Part shown: positions 12,592 through 24,347 of the stretch, one piece after another | Position numbering within the stretch: the stretch's first letter is position 1 | Layout: each line of letters opens with the position of its first letter | Source of the DNA: Macrostomum lignano | Taxonomy: Eukaryota | Direction: 5' to 3' | DNA length: 64,000 bases | Assembly: GCA_002269645.1 (NCBI GenBank) | Contig: NIVC01001752.1 | Coordinates: 124,001-188,000, forward strand | Program-made: the position numbers and the translations under genes | Notes under the pieces: model-generated | Told to the model about the DNA's origin: nothing | The model's database searches: none | The model's input: the letters and a program-made list of their open reading frames with translations, nothing else

Positions 12592-13969
12592 TGCCGTCCT
12601 TCTCTATCTTGTCGAGTTCGGCACCGACCTGCTCCTGTCGCATGAGGGGCAGGCGGCGGAGTGGCTGCTGGACGGGTCGCGCTGCTGGGTCGACCTTGGG
12701 CTGGTGTACAGCGCCGGCGCAGCATCCTATCGCACCGCTGAAGGTCGTTGGGTACCGCGCCTGCAAGTCCGCCGTCAAGTCGCTGACCTCCGCGATTCCG
12801 GGCGGCTGCCCGCTAAGGTCGACTCGGAAGCCCAGCTTCTCCATCAGGTCTCTACCGACGATGTTGTCGCCGCCTGGCGCAACGAAGAACCGGTGCTGCA
12901 TCGCCTTGTCGCCGTAGCGCACCTCCAGCTCGGTGACACCACTTAGCTGGATCAGCAGTCCACCGTAGGCACGCAGCTTCGTCGTGGTGGGAGAGGTGAC
13001 TGCACCTGAGATCCGGTCGGCGGTCTGTCGGGACAGCAGCGACACCCTTGCGCCGCAGTCCACCATCAGGCTGACAGCGGTCCTGTCCGGTCCGAGTTCC
13101 AGCGTCGCCCGGACCTCCCTGTCGCCACCCGGCACTGCGTAGACTGTGATCACCTCGTCCGCGGCATTGACAGCAGCCTTCTGGCTTCGACAGCAACTCC
13201 GGAAGTGGTTCTTCTTGCCACAAGCGTCGCATGTCTTGCCCTTGGCCGGACAGGGGGTCGTCGGTCCGTGGTCTCGCCCACAGCGTGTGCAGGCGCCGCC
13301 GGGTTTGGCTGTCCTGCCAGCTGGTGCTGGGCGGTGCCTCCCCTTTGCAGCGACCTTCTGGCCCCTCGGCTGTCGGATCGATTGGACGGCTGCCGTGCTC
13401 GAGGTTGATGGCGCCATCGCCTTGGCTTCTTTGGAGGCTTCCTCGATGGAGACCGCGATGCTGAGTGCTTTCGCCAGGTTGAGGTCCTCCACCTTCTCCG
13501 TCAGCAGCCTCTCTCGGATTCTGGGGTTACTGGTCTTCTCAGCCAGCTGGTCTCTGATGAGATCGTCCTGTATCGCGCCGTAGTTGCACAGCTCCGTCAG
13601 CTCCCTCAGGGCTGCCACGAAGGTCTTGACGTCCTCGCCGGGTAGCTGCTGGCGCTGGCGGAAGCGATATCTGGCTACCATCACGTTGGGCTTCTCGCCG
13701 AAGATCTTCTCGAGCTCCGCCTTAGTTGCTGCGAACGTGTCGTTCTCCTTGATTGCTTGGCGTGCTCGAGCAACCCGCTGACCTTCAAATCCAAGCAGAT
13801 GGAGCAGAAGGCTCCTCTTCAGCGGTTTCGCCTCTTCCTTCCCTTCGGGCTCCTTGAATTGGGCCGCCTCGTAATAAAATTCAAAGGCCTCAATCCATCG
13901 GCTCCATGGTACTGTCGGTGATCCGCAGTTCGCCAGGAAGGGCGTGGGTGCAGGGATGCTAGCCGCCAT
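12592..13969 (-). CDS. Gag plus aspartic protease plus first residues of RT (ORF then runs out of frame to 11906)
   Basis: ATG at 13969 inside the PBS; two Cys/His knuckles CTRCGRDH..CPAKGKTCDACGKKNH; protease VDCGA; RT start PVQQPLRRLP...GIIERV. Confidence 0.9.
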
Positions 13970-13981
13970 CCTCGTCGCCAA
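13967..13981 (-). promoter_or_regulatory. Primer-binding site complementary to the tRNA-Ser(GCT) 3' end
   Basis: TGGCGACGAGGATGG immediately follows the 5' LTR; matches the tRNA-Ser(GCT) end ...CCATCCTCGTCGCCA as recalled. Confidence 0.75.
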
Positions 13982-14230
13982 TGTTCTGTTGTGGAGTTAA
14001 CGAACGCAGAAACAAGATAGATAATTATCCGGGCGCTCAGTGGCACCAAAAGAAGGGGTTGGCCAATAGGAGGGCGGCTCGTATATTTATGCACGCGGGG
14101 AAGGAAAGTTCTAGAAAGACCGGGGAAGGAAACTTCTGGAACTATGCGTAAACAAGTCCGCGGTGGAAGTTTCTAGAAACGCTGTCCCCGAACTACCCCT
14201 ACGCCTCGCATGCCTTTGCAATACACAACA
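13982..14230 (-). repeat. 5' LTR
   Basis: Direct repeat of 11560-11808; followed by the GTAAT TSD. Confidence 0.95.
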
Positions 14231-14269
14231 GTAATTATTACTCAAATCAAAACTAAATACATTAATTGA

Positions 14270-14450
14270 TTACACCTGGCCTAATGGGCAGATATGCACC
14301 AACAGCTCAGCCGCAGCTATTGTGTGGCGCATCTGAAGGCAGAGTTAAGTGTCTTGCTCAAGGACACAAATTGTTCCAGTGAGATCGGAAATCGAACTCC
14401 CGACCTTCAACTCGTGAGTGCGACGCTTTGACCCCTGGGCTGCAACCCCC
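14270..14450 (-). mobile_element. tRNA-derived SINE, internally deleted copy
   Basis: Reverse complement gggggttgcagcccaggggtcaaagcgtcg...gttcgatt (A/B boxes), gtgtccttgagcaagacacttaac, and a 3' part shared with 17228-17510. Confidence 0.8.
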
Positions 14451-15488
14451 GTAGGCTACAATCCCGAATGTACACGTACTTCCGTTTTTTGTATTTAAAC
14501 AAATTTACTGTAAAATAAGCTATTTTAATTTTAGGATGAAATACTATAGGCTTCGCCCCCCCTTCATGACTCAGTCTTTAAACATAACGAAAATATTCTG
14601 GTTTCTGATCATATCTCTTTACTGTTCAAAGCAACAGGCCGGGAGTTCAGATTTTTGCTGCTGAACTCTCTGATTGCTGACGAAAGCAAGCCTGAGGAGG
14701 CTCTGGGAGGATACTGGGAAGATCCTCACAGCGTGCCCAGCGGCAGGCTTTAACTCAGAACTGAAGAAAAGGTATAAGGCTGTTGGCTAAGGTGAGGCAC
14801 TTTATCTAAAATTTCAGAGGGACAGCGTCAGCATCTCAAAACCAGAGCCCGTTACCCCCTTCCCTCTCTTGAGCCCCTATTTCACAGTGCCTGCCAAGCA
14901 GTCCTTAGAGAAACGCGAATGTGAGCGTAAATTTGTCTTAAGAATCTCAAATCTAATGAAATTCTAACATCGGATGATGACGTGAGAAGTAAATAGTGTG
15001 GCAGGAAAAAGCAACAGAGAATGCAATGAAAAAATCTGCACCGCTTTTGCTAACGAAAGCAGCAGAAAAAGCAGACAGTTGAGACTGAAAAACTCTAACA
15101 ATGAGACGCTGACGGATTAAAAAAAATTGCAAAATTCACGCAGAAATGCATTTGAACAATCCGAGCGCTGCACTGGGATTCTACGCGTGAAGGAGCAGCC
15201 ACTGGCAGCAACCCAGCCTCCCAAAGGCATCGCACAGTAAACCGTTTTCTCTGTCGCTATGGCAACACGACGCTGAATTCAGCGCAGACAGCAACAGAAA
15301 GACAACAAAGAAGACAACAAAGCTTCATCGGGAACGACTGGCTCGACTCTGCGCCCCCGCGCTGCCATCGCAACGCCCGCCACCCCAAATGGGGAGTTGG
15401 GAAACTGCATAAAAGCCGCAGTCGTGCAGCAGGCGAGAGACACAAAAGCGACAAGCACATCCCATCTCTGTAAGACTCTCCACAGACC

Positions 15489-16550
15489 ATGCAGACTTTG
15501 TCAATTCTGCCGCTGATTCTCTGCTGCTGCATCGCTTTCGGCCACTCGCTAAGCACTGAATTCGGCCTGTTAGGCTGCTTTGTGGACACCGCAACTCGAG
15601 ATGTCAACGGTCTGGATGGCTGGTCCACCATCGGGCCCTACTCGGTGACGTGGAGCTCCGGGGGGACCGTCACACTCAGCAGCATGACTGTGCAGCTTTG
15701 CAGCGAAATCTGCGCCTATGGAAAATTCCGCTACTTTGGCGTTCAGTTTTCAAGTTATTGTTTCTGCGGAAACTCATATGGCCGACACGGCAAGGCAGCT
15801 GACAGCCACTGCAACATGGCGTGCGCTGGCAACTCCGCCCAAATCTGTGGAGGGGCTGATCGAAACTCCGTGTACCGGCAGATCTACTATCGTCAAGGTG
15901 AGCGTAGCGGAATCTACAATCGGCACTGTTCTAATTCAAAATGTACATGCACTTCTCCCATTGCACTGGGCATAGCATCCATGGTTTAACACGCATTTAG
16001 ACACAAATAAATCAATATTTTCCGGAGAGCTGCGGGCGCCCTGGTGAAACATCGTCCCACAACAAAGGTTTAGCTCGTAGTCCATTTTCAGCCCGTTCCG
16101 CTGAGTCCTGAGCTCGTACAAGAGCACTTATACTGTATGCAGGCACGCACACATGACACACGCTCACTCAGGGCGCACAGCATGCCAACTTTTTGAAAAA
16201 CAATATAACCTATGAATGCAGGTTTGGCATGTGATCAACAGACGTCGACATGTCGAACGAAGCACTCGTGTTGGTCTCACCAGAGTAGCGACGCACTCGA
16301 TATCTCTTTTGTCATTCCAGAAGGCGAATACTTCACTTTGGTTGACCGAGACTACGTGAACGTGACCTCTACCAGCGGGCCCTTCTACCGCACCGAGCAG
16401 CCCGTCAGGAGTCTAGTTGAGTGCGTGTATCGCTGCGAAGCTGACTGCCAGGCCGTGCTGTTCCACCTCGACGCCTGCCACCTGCTGAGATTCCCCGTTC
16501 TGCCGCACGAGCTGAAGACCGTGGCTGGGAAGTTCGCCATCCGTGTGTGA
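15489..16550 (+). CDS. Secreted WSC-domain protein with a C-terminal PAN/apple-like module; exons 15489-15897 and 16321-16550
   Basis: Signal peptide; WSC pattern LGCFVD...MTVQLC..IC..GKFRYFGVQFSSYCFCGN...CNMACAGN..QICGG; phase-1 donor G|gtgagc and acceptor ctcttttgtcattccag|; exon 2 has SLVECVYRCEADCQAV...C. Confidence 0.85.
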
Positions 16551-17227
16551 GGGACCGCTTGATTCGGAGCAAGGAGTCTCGGTTGCTGAAGCCTTCTGTG
16601 ATTGCTGCAACTCTCTGATTGCTGAAACTCGAATCATGGTTAATACGCACTCTACTCGTACGCTCGTACTCTAGATAAGTCCCCTGGGTTCAAATAAAAT
16701 GAAAATTTTCACTGCCGAAAAGAACAAATTTTAGCGGCTTTGTGTGCATTACATTTTTGCCAAATGAACTCCCTGTTTTTTTATTTTGATCCGTTGAAGC
16801 AGTTGCAGCATAAACAATTCCTGTAGCAACCAAACCATATCGACTCTAGCATTTATCAGCCACAACAACAGCAAATTAAATTCATAGGCCGCTCAATTCA
16901 TGGAATGCGGTTTCAGCTCTTGCGATTCACATATTAACGCCAATTCAAGAGGTGCTATTTTGATTTTCACCCAGCGCAACATATAAGCTGTGTGCATCTG
17001 ACGTTTCTCTGCATCGGATTACTTTTCTGCCTCCATAAGGCGCTCTAGCATCTCAGAGGTTGCGGAATAACGGAAAGTTATTTTTTAATTTTACATCATT
17101 TTCCATATGTTTTCCTCGTGTAATACTCAGTTCATTTTTTTCTTTCAATTTCTCAGCTAAATTGTGCAGCTAATGTCTAGTCCTTAAGTCCTTAGTCCTT
17201 AAGTTCTTAGAAACTCGTATATATGAA

Positions 17228-17510
17228 GGGGTTGCAGCCTAGTGGTTAGAGCGTCGGACTCACGACTTGAAGGTCGGGGGTTCGATTCTCGACCCACTCG
17301 GAGCAATTAGTGTCCGTATGCAAGGCACTAAACTCTGCAATGCTTCAGTTTACCCAGCTGTAAAATGGGTGCCAGCATTAGCTGGGGTAATTGAGCGTGT
17401 GTGTGGCGACCACCCCCCCCCCCAGTTCTTGGACTGAACAGCCGTACGCAGCCTTCAGATGCGCCGCACAATTGCTGCGGCTGAGCTGTCGGTTGCACAT
17501 CTACCCATTA
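17228..17510 (+). mobile_element. tRNA-derived SINE with a conserved central (Deu/Nin-like) domain
   Basis: tRNA-like head ggggttgcagcctagtggttagagcg...gggttcgattc; central tttacccagctgtaaaatgggtgccagc; tail shared with 14270-14340. Confidence 0.8.
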
Positions 17511-18719
17511 ATAGGGCATTATTTTTATCCGTATGTAGAAAATTTTACTATAACTTTACTTGAAAAATTATTCTTCGTTGAAAACGGTCCCAATCTTCTG
17601 GGTGTTATACGTAAGTGCTTAATAAATTCTTATGAGTGTTTAACCAGCTAAGGTCTCATTCATACTGTGTCTGAGCGTCAGTCCTAGTGTGTTTGACATC
17701 TATTTTATCGTTCCAGTGCTGTATAGTATCCTTCTAAATTGGGGCAACGACTCAAAAAGGTTTGGCTTTCAACGTTGTTTCAAGCAAAAAAGCACAAACC
17801 CGTGACGCAATCGGACAGGCGTCGATCGAATTCCTGAAAAATCTCGGTCGCCATACACCGTCGGGCGTCGCCGCCACGCACGTGATGGCACAGGGTTGCT
17901 AGGCGGGCGGCGCCGCTCCCTGACCACGGATTGAAGCTGGACAATGGGGATGAGCTGCTGGCGGATAACGTTTCCCTCATGTTCCCCCGCGGAAACTGCG
18001 ATTGGTGGGCTGTTTGAGACCGGCTACTCAACGCTTGAGCTCGACCGATCTGCTCAAGCATCAGCGGCGTGAGCGGCTGCGTTTCAAATCCTGACTGGTC
18101 GGCAGAGACGTCGAACAAATTGAAATTGTCGTCCAAAAGACTGCGAGTTTCAGCTGAATCGATCATTCGGGAGGTATTAAGCAATGTCAAATATTAAAAG
18201 ACTAATTGTTGAAATTCAGCAAACTCTTTGCCAGAACTTGACACCACCACCGATACGGTAGATAAATTCAGTCAAACTGTTCTGCTTCTGAGTAGTCCCT
18301 GAGTCTTGCTTTGAATTGAAGCTTTATAGCCTTTTTCAAGAAGTCCACATCACGGATGGAATATTAATTTCGTCACTGCTAGCTAATCAATTGAAAATTC
18401 CGTTTGTTTTGCTTAATTTCTCAAGGGACAGCTGCCATTTAAAATCACGGTCCTGAATGTTTAAATAGGAAAGTGCAAATTGATGAACTTTAAAACTTTG
18501 ATTTCATGTGGTGATTTTTAATATTTTCAGATAAATATGAAAAATAGAAAACACAAGAAAAATTTAGAAAGTTCGAGAGAAGAGACAGGGAGATGTTCTC
18601 TTGGGAGTTAGGAGAGTTAGATACAAAAGAGACAGTCGACGGGAGGCAAGAGCCGTCCATTCTGACAACCCCTGAAGATCCACCTGGAGAAATATTTACC
18701 AAGGGGTCATATTGCAACG

Positions 18720-18965
18720 AACTCTACAGTACAGAGACTACTACAGTACTTAAGACAGACTCGTCTGACCAGCTGTCTGCCGACGCACTGAAGCGTGCCC
18801 AGACTGTTTTTAGTGACCCCATTCTGATTCTAATTTTAAGCTCTGCCAGGTACAACGCTGTCCGACTTTCTACCGGTGAGTAGATCAGTCTGTTCAAGCA
18901 GCCGTTGTCTTCTCTAGTTGCTATGGAAGGGTCTCGCGAGCATCGGTCACCAGCATGAGAACGCA
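18720..18965 (-). pseudogene. Possible decayed ankyrin-gene fragment
   Basis: Minus strand reads VLMLVTDA (compare VLMLVADA at ~20860) and, in another frame, SRTALYLA. Confidence 0.3.
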
Positions 18966-20305
18966 ATTATTATCTTCATGAGTTGTTGTAACCAACTGAC
19001 ACGTCGCCCCCAGCTTTTGTATCTGACGGAAGTCACCTTATGATACGTACAAAAACAAACTGGACGACTTTTCCACCTTTACTTTTCTCAAAGGAGCTCC
19101 TGCAGCTTCGTTGTTTGTGATTCTTGGGTAGTCATAATCTACCGTAGGTAGAAATTCTTTCCCAGAGTGAGATTAGTTAGAAAAAATCAACTTTACATAG
19201 CAGCAGCTCTGTTGCAGTTGTTACATCTATTTGGTTGGTACGGAAAGCGTTTGGTTTGCTCATCTCTGAGGATCGACCGAAGGTTTGATTTTGAGATGCG
19301 TACCCTAGAAGACATTGACTTGTTGATTCTTAGCAGATCTTGTCTATCTTCTTGGGTTGCTGCGCAAGTACTTGCAAGAACGTGCAAGATCTTCGCTATA
19401 ATAATAATTAGGTAAACTTACCAGATCTGGGCGACTTGCTACATCGTACAAGATCTTAGCTTTTATATCTTTTTATAGCTTTGAATCGCATATTTTCTTA
19501 AATTTATTGTCCCTTTTTGTCATAAAATAAATATAGTTCAGCTAGAACACTTTAGCCAAATGAATAACAAAATGTATTTCCCATCTTAGAAGATCCTGAA
19601 AAAAACGAGCAGATTGAGAAGATCTGCTCAGAATGGCACAGAGACAAGATCTGCTAAGTTTGAGAATCAGAATGTCCTCTAGGGTACTAACAGTAGAATG
19701 AATGCAATTTACAAGCTATTAGCTATTAAGGGCTTTTAAGCTGCCAAAATTGGCATTCTTATCAAGGCTGTACCATCAATAAGTTTCACACAATCTGGCC
19801 ACATAAGGCCGCAAAGTCACAAGCCGTAATTGCATGCAGGAATCGAACCCCTAATGCGTACAGATATGTAATGTAGACATTACATAATCATATGCACGTT
19901 AATATGTAATTTATGCAGAATATAAGAATCCACAGTAGTACGCACAGATACTATAAAGATTTTATTTATTTCGATTGTAATTGCATCTTTTCTACAGTTT
20001 AGTCAGTCATTGTCCTAGCTTCCATGGATCATAATTATAAGCAAAATTATGTCAAGACCATATGGATCGCTGAGACGATCTGTAAATCCAATCAGCATGT
20101 TCAAAACAACAAGTTTTTTAAAAGTCAAGTTAAGTAAAATCAAGTCAAGTGTGTTAAAACTGACTGTCAACTCGCTCCTGCTCGAGATGCTCATCGAAGA
20201 AATTTATTCCTGTTGTGCTGTAAGTTATGAATAAGATTTTTAGTGCCAGAATTAAATTCACGAGATCAGTTTAACTTGGCCTTGGTGACTTACTAACGCA
20301 GCAGC

Positions 20306-20910
20306 TCAGCCAGTTGGCTCTTCCCTTTCTCTGCGGCCTAGTCTCGAAGTTTTGTCTTTCCCGCGTCTTACGGCACTCCAGTCCGACCCTGCGTCCAGCA
20401 GAACTCGATCAACTGCTGCTGTGGCGGCGTCTGGCGCCTCAACGGCTACCCACAACAACGGTGTAGCTGGCGTTCGATGTAGCTGGCCAGCACTGAGTGG
20501 TCGTTGAGCCTTCGCCGGGTCCAACGCTGTCCGACCCACGAGGTTCTTCATTTCAAGCAGCCGTTTCCTTTTTGAGCTGCGGAGCTTTCTGCACTCGTTG
20601 AACCTCCCCTGCCTGAGCATCTCCAGCTGTCAGTCCGCGCCGCCTCCATCAGCCGAGTGGGGCCCCGTTGGTTCTGCAGCCACTTGGCTTCAAAAGGCAG
20701 CTGCGCCAGAAGCCGCAGGTGGTCTCGCCGAGCTGCCAGGTGCGCCGCCGTGTCACCCGCGCCGTCTTGTTCGTGGGCATTCGCGCCTAACTCAAACAAG
20801 TACAGAATGCACTTTTCAGACAGAACGGATGTCCTGGAAGCGTCAGCCACCAGCATGAGGACGGTGTGATGATCTTCATCAGTCTTTGCGACCTGAATTG
20901 CCGAAGTCAC
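20306..20910 (-). pseudogene. Ankyrin-repeat gene fragment with a frameshift near 20630
   Basis: GANAHEQDGAGDTAAHLAAR...NQRGPTRLMEAA in one frame continues as QLEMLR...NLVGRTALD in another. Confidence 0.75.
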
Positions 20911-21229
20911 CTTGAATTACTGACTGAGAAATTTTCTGAAGCTGATGTGTTCAGACAGGAATGATAGTTCGATGAGTTCAATGTAGCTCAAATCAAAAAG
21001 CAATGTCAGTTGGAATTTATTTTACCATACCTCCAAATTGCACGAAGCGCAAAAAGAGACATTTAGTTTGAGTAAAGAGCCTCAAGTCGTTTTAGCTAAG
21101 CGAAAGAAGAAAGCTGACTCAGTGCTTGAGAATTTCTTTAAGAGTTTTTCTCTGCCCATTTTTATGTTATTTATACGAGTGAGGGCATGGTGCTTCTTTT
21201 AGACTCACTTGTACAACTTGTACACTTAA

Positions 21230-22370
21230 CAGTAGAAGGACCATGGGGGTGTATTTCAAATACACACATTTTTCTTTTGTCTGGATCTCCGAAAATATTC
21301 AACCAATTGCCATCAAAATCCAGAACACAGGCTAAAATTTTCCGCTCTATTCGATGAAGCAACTCCGAGAATCACGAAAAACCGGCATCGTCAAGATATT
21401 CAACGATTCTCCTCGGGTGTCCGGTGGGAAAAACCACCAACATTGGCAAATTTTTTCTGTTCACAAAATCTCATCATGAAACCACGTCGGCTCAGGAAAC
21501 TATGCATACCAGTCCTAAAGGCCTTTCTTCTTAGCATCCCAGGAACCAGGGTCCCCTTCATCACCGTCTGGAGCATCGGCAGCGACCGTCGGGACCTTCA
21601 ACAAAAGCACCCGATCGGCATCGCAGAGACGGCTGCGTTCCCAAAACTGAAATGGAAGAATCCTCTTCTGCATGCAGCATTCGTTCAGTAGACATAATCG
21701 GTGAATGAAATGGAGGAGGCGACCCTCTAGGTTGACCTGTAGACATACAAGCGACCTTCGGGACCTTCAACGGAGTGCCACCACGCGGCCCCGACTAGCT
21801 GGCACCCCCAACATCGTGATTTTTCTGTCAAGGCACCAAACCAGGCATGTTGGGGGTTCCAGCTAGTCGGGGCCGTGTGGTGGCACTCCGTTGAAGGTCC
21901 CGAAGGTCGCTTGTATGTCTACAGGTCAACCTAGAGGGTCGCCGTCGTCCATTTCATTCACCGATTATGTCTACTGACTGAATGCTGCATGCGATGCCGA
22001 TCGGGTGCTTTTGTTGAAGGTCCCGAGGGTCGCCGCCGATGCTCCAGACGGTGATGAAGGGGACCCTGGTTCCTGGGATGCTGAGAAGAAAGGCCTCTCC
22101 GACAGATGGATCCAGATTATTGAGCCAATATGGATTCACCATAAAGGTTTATACAGTGTAGTGTTGGTTGTCCTTGCCACCAGTGTCTTCGACAAGAATC
22201 GTTGAATATCTCGACGATGCTGATGTCGGTTGACTTTGAAAGTTTATTCGTTGGAAAGAGGGGGAAATTTTGATCCAAATAGTGGACTTTTACGAAAATC
22301 GGTTATTCGGTTTGCGAGCTATGGTGAAATTGGTTGGGTGTATTTGTAATACACCCCCATGGTCTTTCCC
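21230..22370. mobile_element. ~1.1-kb foldback (long inverted repeat) element
   Basis: 21519-21812 is inverted at 21848-22100; outer arms also match (gatattcaacgattct/agaatcgttgaatatc; ccatgggggtgtatt/aatacacccccatgg). Confidence 0.85.
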
Positions 22371-22729
22371 CCAGGAAAGAGGTTTGCAAAAAATGACCTA
22401 ATAAACTAGACTAGGCTTTGATAAACTACATTAAACTGCATATTATACAGAGAATGTAGAAATAGTTTAAAGTGCGAGTCTTATAAGTGACAATATATAT
22501 AATGTTAATACTTCACTGCCATGTACCACTTTAGCCTTATCTAACAAATTAATAGATTGACAATAGTAACCAATGCCTAATAAGAATACAAGGGGTCGCT
22601 TCCACAAACCCTGAATTTCACATTTTCGCAAGACACAAACTTCACAAGCTCTAAATTTCATAAACCTTAACTTTCACAACGCCTAAAAGCACTATGGAGA
22701 TACAATATTTTAGAGCTTGTAAGATTCTG

Positions 22730-22945
22730 TAAACTACTGTAAACTACTGTAAGCTACTGTAAACTACTGTAAACTACTGTAAACTACTGTAAACTAATGT
22801 AAACTACTGTAAACTACTGTAAGCTACTGTAAACTACTGTAAACTACTGTAAGCTACTGTAAACTACTGTAAACTACTGTAAACTACTGTAAACTACTGT
22901 AAACTACCGTAAACTACTGTAAACTACTGTAAACTACTGTAAAAT
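22730..22945. repeat. 10-bp tandem repeat (ACTACTGTAA)n
   Basis: About 21 near-perfect units. Confidence 0.95.
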
Positions 22946-23413
22946 ACTATTAATATAAACGAGAGACGAAATGGCGCTTGGGTTTGAAACAAAACACTGC
23001 CCGTTCTGGCGCCCATTCTGCTGGTGACGGCGCCCATTCTGCTGGCTACGGCACCCATTCTGCTGGTAACGGCGCCCATTCTGCAGGAAATCGCAAGGCA
23101 GATGGAAATCAAGAAAAATCAGCCAGGTCTAATATCAATCATTAGCACTGTTCTGATGAAGAGAGTCCAGTCAGAGGCTACTGACTGCTCAGTGCTGCAG
23201 AATGAGGACCCAACAGAGATTCTGGAGCAATCGTTTCCGACATCACTGGCAGAGATGCTGGACAAAGTGGTGCGTATATTGCCGCAGTGATTGTTCAATG
23301 ATTGGAGGTGCTCAAACCTCTCAGTGCTGTAACTGCCCCAATCACAAGTGCAAGCTTATTTATAGTCACACTTATTTTCTGCCAAGTTGTTCTTGAAAAT
23401 GATTGCTAAAATA

Positions 23414-24015
23414 CACTCAGCAACAGTCAAAACCGCCACCCTACCGAGAGAGGCGACTTCTCTCTCACCTCAACTGCAAGTGACGTAACTTGCGCCACGG
23501 CGTGGCTAAAGCTGGGTGAGAGTCGGATGATCTGGGCACTCAAGCTGTTGCCCCATCTGCTTCTTTCACCCCACATTAGACAGAGCAGGGTGGCTGGCGC
23601 GGTCGGAGTTCGCCTGACAATCCGCAGCAGACGTCGATTTGCCCTGGCTGTTTAGCCGCGGAGATCATGGCGCTGGCTGTCTATGGCTGCGTGCTGAACA
23701 CTACCAGTCTCTTGGGACTTCGTTAACAGCGCTCGAATTGTTGAACCTGATCGGCCAAATTGGCGAGCAACTGCGCTGATGGATGCACCAGCTTCTAGCA
23801 TGCCAACAGCGCGCCATCGTCCAGCGTCTGTCATATGCCTGACCATTGTCACGTGTACTGTTGCACCCCAACCCCAGTCCCTTTTGTACTCTCACCCTGG
23901 AATTCACTCTCACCCAGCTTTAGCCACGCCGTGGCGCAAGTTACGTCACCTGCAGTTGAGGTGAGAGAGAAGTCGCCTCTCTCGGTAAGGTGGCGGTTTT
24001 GACTGTTGCTGAGTG
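23414..24015 (-). mobile_element. Tc1/mariner deletion derivative
   Basis: ~110-bp TIRs starting CACTCAGCAACAG, flanked by TA on both sides; internal transposase N-terminus RAVGMLEAGASISAVARQFGRSGSTIRAL...TGSV and RRLLRIVRRTP; no DDE domain. Confidence 0.9.
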
Positions 24016-24019
24016 TATG

Positions 24020-24347
24020 CAGCGGCGTCGCCATGGATTTTATGGTGGGGGACAAAGCCAAGAATTTTACATGTGCATGTACGTGACTATACATTTCTAC
24101 ATTAATTTCAGAATCGATCGGGTGTTGACTGCAGCACAGCTCATTGTAGCGCCGCACGGCCGCAGGCACTCATTTTGCCAGGCACTGGCGCAGGCGCTAT
24201 GTTTCGTCGCCCTGCAGCAAAATTATAGATTTCCATACTTCCATATAGCGCGGGTCACAAACAAAAGGTGGGGGGGACAAAGCATTGACATTCATGGCTC
24301 CCCATATCTACTGTGGGGAAATGTCCCCACCCCCGATGACGCCCTTG
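24020..24347. mobile_element. hAT-type MITE copy without the minisatellite array
   Basis: cagcggcgtcgccatggattttatggtggggg ... gatgacgcccttg; the left end is shared with 27602. Confidence 0.75.

Larger units (their letters stand above)
11560..14230 (-). mobile_element. Ty3/gypsy (Mag-like) LTR retrotransposon, internally deleted and non-autonomous
   Basis: 249-bp LTRs at 11560-11808 and 13982-14230 (TG...CA, 2 mismatches); GTAAT TSD; PBS TGGCGACGAGGATGG; PPT GAAGGAGGGGAAGAA; gag, protease, RT start and integrase C-terminus present. Confidence 0.96.

Noticed and set aside
11906-13981. 691-aa ORF as a complete gag-pol
   Set aside because: After GIIERV the ORF is out of frame with integrase; RT YxDD and RNase H are absent.
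17228-17300. tRNA gene (also 14380-14450, 51815-51872, 62410-62479)
   Set aside because: The acceptor stems are not closed and each head continues into SINE body sequence, so these are SINE heads.
17780-18190. GC-rich ORF possibly from a LINE restriction-like endonuclease end
   Set aside because: Only a vague QRGN-like similarity split across frames; not supportable.
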